A DNA stretch of 64,000 bases from an uncultured Candidatus Saccharibacteria bacterium (lineage in GTDB: Bacteria > Patescibacteriota > Minisyncoccia > Phycocordibacterales > UBA9973): NCBI GenBank assembly GCA_964398205.1, contig CAYNLU010000003.1:215-64214 (forward strand). Reading direction: 5' to 3'. A program made the position numbers and the translations under genes. Positions 58,343 to 64,000 of this stretch are shown here, piece by piece; position 1 is the stretch's first letter; each line of letters opens with the position of its first letter. Below the pieces are notes generated by a model, which did no database searches, was not told where the DNA came from, and was given only the letters and a program-made list of their open reading frames with translations.

Positions 58343-60226
58343 ATGCATAATGGTATAAAATCTTGGAATAACTTAGTTAGTTTTGCTTATAATTTTTTTT
58401 CAATTCCGCTACTTGCGAAAACTTTATTTAATCCTTTTCAAAACGATAAAGCTGATAAAAGTTTCGATATTTTAGAGACTGTAGTCTTTGCTATTTTTTC
58501 TAGAATTTTAGGATTTCTTTTTAGAATTATTTTAATAATCCTCGGTTTAGTTTTAACTTTATTAGCTATCTTAACTTTTCCGATTTTCTTTTTCTTTCCG
58601 ATATCAATCTCACGAGAAACGCTTAGAGATTTTGGAAGTTTTGGTAGTGAGTTGTCTTATGGTAAAACTTTTTATCTTAATAAATATAGTCACGATTTAC
58701 TTAGTCTAGACGGTATAGCTATTTATGGTAAAGAAAAAGCACTTCGAGTTATTGAGCGTGGACTTTCGAAAGAAGAATCTCGAAATATTTTGCTTGTAGG
58801 TGAGACTGGAGTAGGGAAAAGTACTTTGATTTCTTATTTAGGCAGATTAGGAAAATCCGGACTTTCTTTCCCTGGAATCGCCCATCACAGAATAGTAAGT
58901 TTTGCTCCCGAAGATATCACTAGTGAAGAATTTGAAGGTGCGATGAATGAAGCTTCTAGTGCGGGTAACGTTATCTTAGCGATTGAAAATATTTATGAAT
59001 ATGCAAATATTTATGATAAGTTTATACCTTATTTAGATATGCCTCATTTAGGTATAGTGGCGACTACTGATTTCGCTGGACTTGATAGAGTATTAAAGAA
59101 TTACCCAGAATTTCTATCTAAATTTTTAAAAGTAGATATAGGAGAAACTAATGACGAAGAAACTCTCGCTATTTTGAAAAATCATATTTATTTAAAAAGT
59201 TTGAAAATCAATGAAGACGCTGTGCTTGAAATAATCAGATTAACTAATCGCTACGTAGGTAATGAGCCTCAACCGCTCAAATCGATTTTACTTTTAGATG
59301 AACTTAAAACTTTAGGTAAAGAAATAACTATTTCTGATGTGCAAGCTTTGATTTCTGATAAAACTAATATGTCTATTGGAGAATTAGGTTCTGACGAGAA
59401 ATCTTTACTCCTTGATTTAGAGAAAAATATGCTTTCAAAAATCATCGATCAAGAAGAAGGAGTGCGTGACGTCGCAAATGCTCTCAAACGTCTACGCGCA
59501 GGTATTGGGGATCCTGATAAGCCTGCAAGTTTTATGTTTTTAGGTACGACTGGAGTAGGTAAGACTTATACTGCGAAGATTTTAGCTGAAAGTTATTTTG
59601 GACGTAAGGACGCGATGATTAGATTCGATATGAGTGAATTTTCTTTGCCGGATTCTCTTGATAATTTTGCTGATAGATTAGCCGGAGTTATCGAAGAGAT
59701 GCCTTTATCTTTAGTATTCTTAGATGAGCTTGAAAAAGCTCATCGAGTGATTCACCAGCTATTGCTTCAAGTACTCGACGAAGGTAGACTTACTCGTAAA
59801 AACGGACGAGAAGCTAATTTTAAAAACTCAATAATTATTGCGACTACTAATGCCGGTAGTGCAAATTTGATAGAGAATCCAAATATTGGTAAAAAATCTT
59901 TGATTAATTTAATAATATCTCTAAATATTTTTGCTCCAGAGTTTTTGAATCGTTTTTCTGATATTATTTTATTTAAACCCCTCACCAAAGAAGGGATTAA
60001 AAAAGTTACCTTGTTATTACTAAACGAATTTAAAGAGAGACTTTATGAAGATAAAGGTTTCAACCTCTTAGTAGATGATATGCTTGTTAATAAAGTAGCA
60101 GAAGCTGGATTTGATCCTCTTTTTGGAGCTCGTCCTATAAAACGATCTATCGAAGAATTAGTAGAAAATAAAGTCGCAGATTATATATTAAAAGGTGGAG
60201 TAGAAAAAGATATTAAAATCTTTTAA
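58343..60226 (+). CDS. membrane-anchored ClpA/ClpB-like double AAA+ ATPase
   Basis: N-terminal TM region; GETGVGKS; GTTGVGKT, RFDMSEF, LVFLDELEKAH, PEFLNRF, FGARPIKR. Confidence 0.88.
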   Translation: MHNGIKSWNNLVSFAYNFFSIPLLAKTLFNPFQNDKADKSFDILETVVFAIFSRILGFLFRIILIILGLVLTLLAILTFPIFFFFPISISRETLRDFGSFGSELSYGKTFYLNKYSHDLLSLDGIAIYGKEKALRVIERGLSKEESRNILLVGETGVGKSTLISYLGRLGKSGLSFPGIAHHRIVSFAPEDITSEEFEGAMNEASSAGNVILAIENIYEYANIYDKFIPYLDMPHLGIVATTDFAGLDRVLKNYPEFLSKFLKVDIGETNDEETLAILKNHIYLKSLKINEDAVLEIIRLTNRYVGNEPQPLKSILLLDELKTLGKEITISDVQALISDKTNMSIGELGSDEKSLLLDLEKNMLSKIIDQEEGVRDVANALKRLRAGIGDPDKPASFMFLGTTGVGKTYTAKILAESYFGRKDAMIRFDMSEFSLPDSLDNFADRLAGVIEEMPLSLVFLDELEKAHRVIHQLLLQVLDEGRLTRKNGREANFKNSIIIATTNAGSANLIENPNIGKKSLINLIISLNIFAPEFLNRFSDIILFKPLTKEGIKKVTLLLLNEFKERLYEDKGFNLLVDDMLVNKVAEAGFDPLFGARPIKRSIEELVENKVADYILKGGVEKDIKIF

Positions 60227-61416
60227 ATACTTTCTAAGAAGTTTTCTACTTCTTGTTTTTCAGTGATCAGAGATTTAGGTATAGGTAAGTATACAGAAAA
60301 TACTGTTTTATTTTTGTCAGCTGAGGAGAAAGCTATAATTTTACCTTTATGATATTCGATAATTTTTCTAGAAATATAAAGACCTAAGCCTATACCGTTT
60401 GGTTTGGTAGATATAGCATTTTCTGCTCTAAAGAATTTTGCAAAGATTTTTTCTTCGTCTAATTTATTTATTCCAATACCATAATTCTCAACTTGGACTA
60501 AAATATATTCACCTTCGGTTTGGATAGATACTTCGATATCTGTATCTTTGGTGCCATAATCTATTGCATTTTCTATTAAGTTAGAAAAAACTGTATTAAT
60601 TCTTTCTGGGTCAGCAATAATTTTAATATTTTTAGATAATTTATTTATATAATTTATCTTTTTGTTTTTTATTTTAACTTCTACATTAAAATCTTGAATT
60701 GATTTTTCTAAAACATTACGAATATCTACTTGCTGTAGATTGTAAGGGAAATTATCTTCCTCGATTTGAGACACCTTCAAGAGGTCGTCGATATTACGAA
60801 TGGTTTCTGTATTACGCTCTATGCATTTATCTAAAATTTCTTTTTGATCTTTGTTTAAGGGACCCTTTACCTCAGAAGCGAGTGCGTCGAGTCCAAAGCG
60901 TACCCCAGTTACTGGAGTTCTTAGTTGATGAGAAGCTACGGTTATGAAGTTTGATTTCATTTTTGAAATCTCATCATTTCTATCTTTGACCTCTTTTAGT
61001 TTTTGTGTCATTTCGTTAAAAAGACTTATAAGATTACCAAATTCATCTCTTCGGTCTGCAACAAGTTCAATCTCTAGATTACCTTCAGCGACGCCTTTAA
61101 TACTTTGCTTCAATAATCTAATAGGGGATGCGATATGTTCAGCTACGTTAACCGCAAGAAAAACAGCCGGTACAATAACCAAAAGTACTACAAAGATAAA
61201 ATTATTTTTAAAACTTGTATATAAAATATTTAATTCTTCTGTTGTCAAATCTAGATGAGTACTTTGAAAAGTCCATAAAGCGATCAAGGAGATCGCAATA
61301 ATAGTAAAAATACTAAAAAATATAAAAGCCATAAAAAGCTTCATTAAAATACTTAACTTTGGTCTTTCGACAGAAGATATTATATTCTTTTTTGAGTTTG
61401 TGTTATCTTTTTCCAT
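60223..61416 (-). CDS. HAMP-domain sensor histidine kinase
   Basis: Two TM, HAMP (RDEFGNL..FNEM), ASHQLRTP, NLIENAIDY, GIGLGLYI. Confidence 0.93.
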   Translation of the reverse strand: MEKDNTNSKKNIISSVERPKLSILMKLFMAFIFFSIFTIIAISLIALWTFQSTHLDLTTEELNILYTSFKNNFIFVVLLVIVPAVFLAVNVAEHIASPIRLLKQSIKGVAEGNLEIELVADRRDEFGNLISLFNEMTQKLKEVKDRNDEISKMKSNFITVASHQLRTPVTGVRFGLDALASEVKGPLNKDQKEILDKCIERNTETIRNIDDLLKVSQIEEDNFPYNLQQVDIRNVLEKSIQDFNVEVKIKNKKINYINKLSKNIKIIADPERINTVFSNLIENAIDYGTKDTDIEVSIQTEGEYILVQVENYGIGINKLDEEKIFAKFFRAENAISTKPNGIGLGLYISRKIIEYHKGKIIAFSSADKNKTVFSVYLPIPKSLITEKQEVENFLESI

Positions 61417-61521
61417 ATTTTTATTTGCTTGCCTTTTCTACATTATATATAATATATATGTTATATGCAAAAAGTCGAAGTCATATAATTGTTATTAATT
61501 TATTAATATTTATTAATCATT

Positions 61522-62259
61522 ATGGAATTTATAGGAAATACAGCTCTTATTGATGCTGTTATAGTAGTTCTATCTTGGGTTGTGCTTTTCTCTCGTAAAC
61601 CAAAAGGTGAAGAAGTTGGAGCAAAGAATAATTATCTTTCTCAGTACTTCGTAGCAACTTTTGCTTTCTTAGTATTAATTGCCTTTACTATTTTGCGTAC
61701 AGAAGGCGTAACTCAACAAGTTATGTTTTTGATATCTGATCTTGTGCTTTGGGTATCTTTATTTATTTTCATTTTACTTATGTACGCTGATACTAAGGGT
61801 ACAGGAAAGGGAATGATGATGTTAGCTTTCGGTATCTTTGCACTTGCTCGATCTTTATTCCAACTTGCAGGTATTGTAGGTATGGATTTATCAGGTTTAG
61901 GAGAAACTACACTTTACGTGCTTTCTCAACTTGATGCATGGCTTATGTATGCTGTTTGGGTTCCTAGTGCTTTAGTTTTGATTTATGTTGCTTTGACTTC
62001 AGAAAGTAATATTGTAAGATTTAGATCTTTGGTATTTGCTATTGGATTACTTCTAATATCATTTACATGGGCTTTCCGTTTACTTTCTGCTTCTACTGTA
62101 TCTGTGCAAACTGCATACTTGTTAGTAGGTGGTTTGTCAGTTGTAGGTTTCTTTTTGTTGTTAGTAGGTATCCTATATAAAGGACAAAATAAAATGCAAA
62201 CTGATGGAATGAGTATGAATACTCAAATGGGAAATACAAATCCTCCACAAATGCAATAA
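61522..62259 (+). CDS. polytopic (~7 TM) membrane protein, divergent from the histidine kinase
   Basis: About seven hydrophobic segments; Met/Gln-rich tail; no catalytic motif. Confidence 0.7.
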   Translation: MEFIGNTALIDAVIVVLSWVVLFSRKPKGEEVGAKNNYLSQYFVATFAFLVLIAFTILRTEGVTQQVMFLISDLVLWVSLFIFILLMYADTKGTGKGMMMLAFGIFALARSLFQLAGIVGMDLSGLGETTLYVLSQLDAWLMYAVWVPSALVLIYVALTSESNIVRFRSLVFAIGLLLISFTWAFRLLSASTVSVQTAYLLVGGLSVVGFFLLLVGILYKGQNKMQTDGMSMNTQMGNTNPPQMQ

Positions 62260-62269
62260 AAAGTTCAAT

Positions 62270-62300
62270 ATAAAAAACCTCTCATTGAGAGGTTTTTTAT
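62270..62300. terminator. bidirectional terminator
   Basis: ataaaaaacctctc-att-gagaggttttttat. Confidence 0.8.
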
Positions 62301-62310
62301 TATGTTTATG

Positions 62311-62384
62311 TGGACCCTACAGGACTCGAACCTGCCACCTCCTCATTGCAAATGAGGCGCTCTAGCCAGATGAGCTAAGGGCCC
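62311..62384 (-). tRNA. tRNA-Ala(TGC)
   Basis: Reverse complement GGGCCCT..CCTCA-TTTGCAA-TGAGG..GCAGG-TTCGAGT-CCTGT-AGGGTCC-A; G3:U70 Ala determinant; CCA not encoded. Confidence 0.96.
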
Positions 62385-62467
62385 AATAAAATCTATTTTA
62401 TACTATTATCTTAAAAATGCAACTGTTTTATTTTTAAAGTCTTATTTAATTTAGTATAATTAAAATA

Positions 62468-64000
62468 ATGACCCAAGAACAAGCTCTCAAAATAATGAAA
62501 ACTGGAGTTAACGTATACCTTACTGGTAGTGCTGGATCCGGTAAAACCTTTTTACTTAATCAATATATAGATTATCTCAAAGAGCATGATATAGAAGTTG
62601 CAATCACCGCTTCGACAGGTATCGCTGCGACGCATATGAACGGGATGACTATCCACGGTTGGTCAGGTATAGGAATTCGCGAAACTTTAACTGAGAGAGA
62701 TTTGGACGATCTCGAAAGTAAAAAATATCTTTGGAATAGATTTGAAAAAACTAAAGTTTTAATCATAGATGAGGTCTCGATGCTTCACGCTTCTCGACTC
62801 GATATGGTAGATAAAGTTTTGCGTAGGTTTAAAGGCAAAGAAGCTCCTTTCGGAGGATTGCAAGTTATACTCTCAGGGGATTTCTTTCAGCTTCCACCAA
62901 TAAATAAAAATAGGAATCTAGATAATGATATTAACTTCTCTTCCAAAGAGATGATTTTTAATTCGAATGCTTGGAAAAGTATGCGACTCGCTATTTGCTA
63001 TATTACCGAGCAATATAGACAAGAAGATGAAATCTTTACTGAAATATTAAATAAAATAAGGCAAGATGATTTAGAAGAAATGCATTTTGAAGAAATTCAA
63101 AAAAGGATGAATTTAGATATCGAAGAATCTCAAAATTGGACTAAGTTATACACTCATAATCTCGACGTAGATAATCTTAATAATTTAGAACTAAGTAAAA
63201 TAGAAGGCGAGACTAAAATTTACCCTATGGAAACTATTGGTAACGAAGTTTTAGTAGGAATTCTTAAAAAAAGTTGCCTTGCGCAAGAAACTTTATATCT
63301 TAAAAAGGGGGCAGAAGTTATGTTCATTAAAAACAATCTCGAAGGAGCTTATGTAAACGGTAGTAGAGGGAAAGTGGTAGATTTTTATAATGAAGATATT
63401 AATACGACTTTACCAATAGTCGAGCTTTATAACGGACGAAGGGTTTACGTTAAAAAAGAAGAATGGATTATAGAAGAGAACGGCAAGAAGAAAGCTTCTA
63501 TAATTCAGCTACCTATACGTCTCGCTTGGGCTATCACTATCCACAAGAGTCAGGGTATGAGTCTCGATTCGGCTATTATCGACCTCTCGAAATCTTTTAG
63601 TTACGGTATGGGCTACGTCGCATTATCGAGAGTAAGAACTCTCAAAGGTATTCATCTACTTGGTATTAATCCGAATGCACTTAAAGTTGATCCGGTGATT
63701 TTAGAGTTAGATAAAAAATTGCAAAAGGAAAGCGATAATAATATCGAGCTTTTCAGTAAGCTTGCAGATTTCGAACAGAGGAAATTAGAAGAAGATTTTA
63801 TAATCCGCACCGGAGGCAATCTTAAAAAAGTAAAAGTCAAAGATGAGAAAAATAAATTTAAAAAAGTTTCAAGTATTATGCTTACCAAAGAATTACTCGA
63901 TGAAGGTAAAAGTTTAGAAGAGATTATTGAAACTCGTAAGCTCGTATTTTCAACTATAACCTCGCATATAGAAGAATTAGTAGAGAAGGGAATCGAAGTC
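62468..64000 (+). CDS. PIF1-family DNA helicase, 3'-truncated by the window end (not in ORF track)
   Basis: Manual translation: MTQEQALKIMKTGVNVYLTGSAGSGKT, ASTGIAA, IIDEVSM, GDFFQLPP, QLPIRLAWAITIHKSQGMSLD, YVALSRV; helix-turn-helix-like tail begins near the end. Confidence 0.92.
   Translation, partial: MTQEQALKIMKTGVNVYLTGSAGSGKTFLLNQYIDYLKEHDIEVAITASTGIAATHMNGMTIHGWSGIGIRETLTERDLDDLESKKYLWNRFEKTKVLIIDEVSMLHASRLDMVDKVLRRFKGKEAPFGGLQVILSGDFFQLPPINKNRNLDNDINFSSKEMIFNSNAWKSMRLAICYITEQYRQEDEIFTEILNKIRQDDLEEMHFEEIQKRMNLDIEESQNWTKLYTHNLDVDNLNNLELSKIEGETKIYPMETIGNEVLVGILKKSCLAQETLYLKKGAEVMFIKNNLEGAYVNGSRGKVVDFYNEDINTTLPIVELYNGRRVYVKKEEWIIEENGKKKASIIQLPIRLAWAITIHKSQGMSLDSAIIDLSKSFSYGMGYVALSRVRTLKGIHLLGINPNALKVDPVILELDKKLQKESDNNIELFSKLADFEQRKLEEDFIIRTGGNLKKVKVKDEKNKFKKVSSIMLTKELLDEGKSLEEIIETRKLVFSTITSHIEELVEKGIEV

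Overview
AT-rich bacterial chromosome segment read in the standard code. Gene content points to a Patescibacteria/CPR genome, probably Parcubacteria: a minor-pilin cluster, a NusB-Nudix fusion, a short SMC, a short ProRS, a membrane-anchored Clp-like ATPase and almost no Shine-Dalgarno sites. This taxonomy is inferred, not database-checked. Most of the window is housekeeping: ligA, truB, gyrB, thrS, rnc, rnr, rpsP-khpA-trmD, rpoBC-dnaG-rpoD, rpsB-tsf, proS, mreBC, tgt, three tRNAs, RNase P RNA and a PIF1-like helicase cut by the window end. The most unusual items are: (1) a secreted 624-aa protein with Tyr at nearly every sixth residue; (2) a mitochondrial-type single-chain PheRS; (3) an orphan ~90-nt small RNA with its own promoter and terminator behind rnpB; (4) a 26-34 bp palindrome family that abuts -35 boxes; (5) a Bacteroidota-style T9SS cargo protein; (6) widespread leaderless genes, plus a GUCG-loop hairpin in several leadered genes; (7) a shared LPxT-like C-terminal anchor on two surface proteins. 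No CRISPR array, rRNA, transposase or integrase was seen. All calls come from reading motifs by eye.
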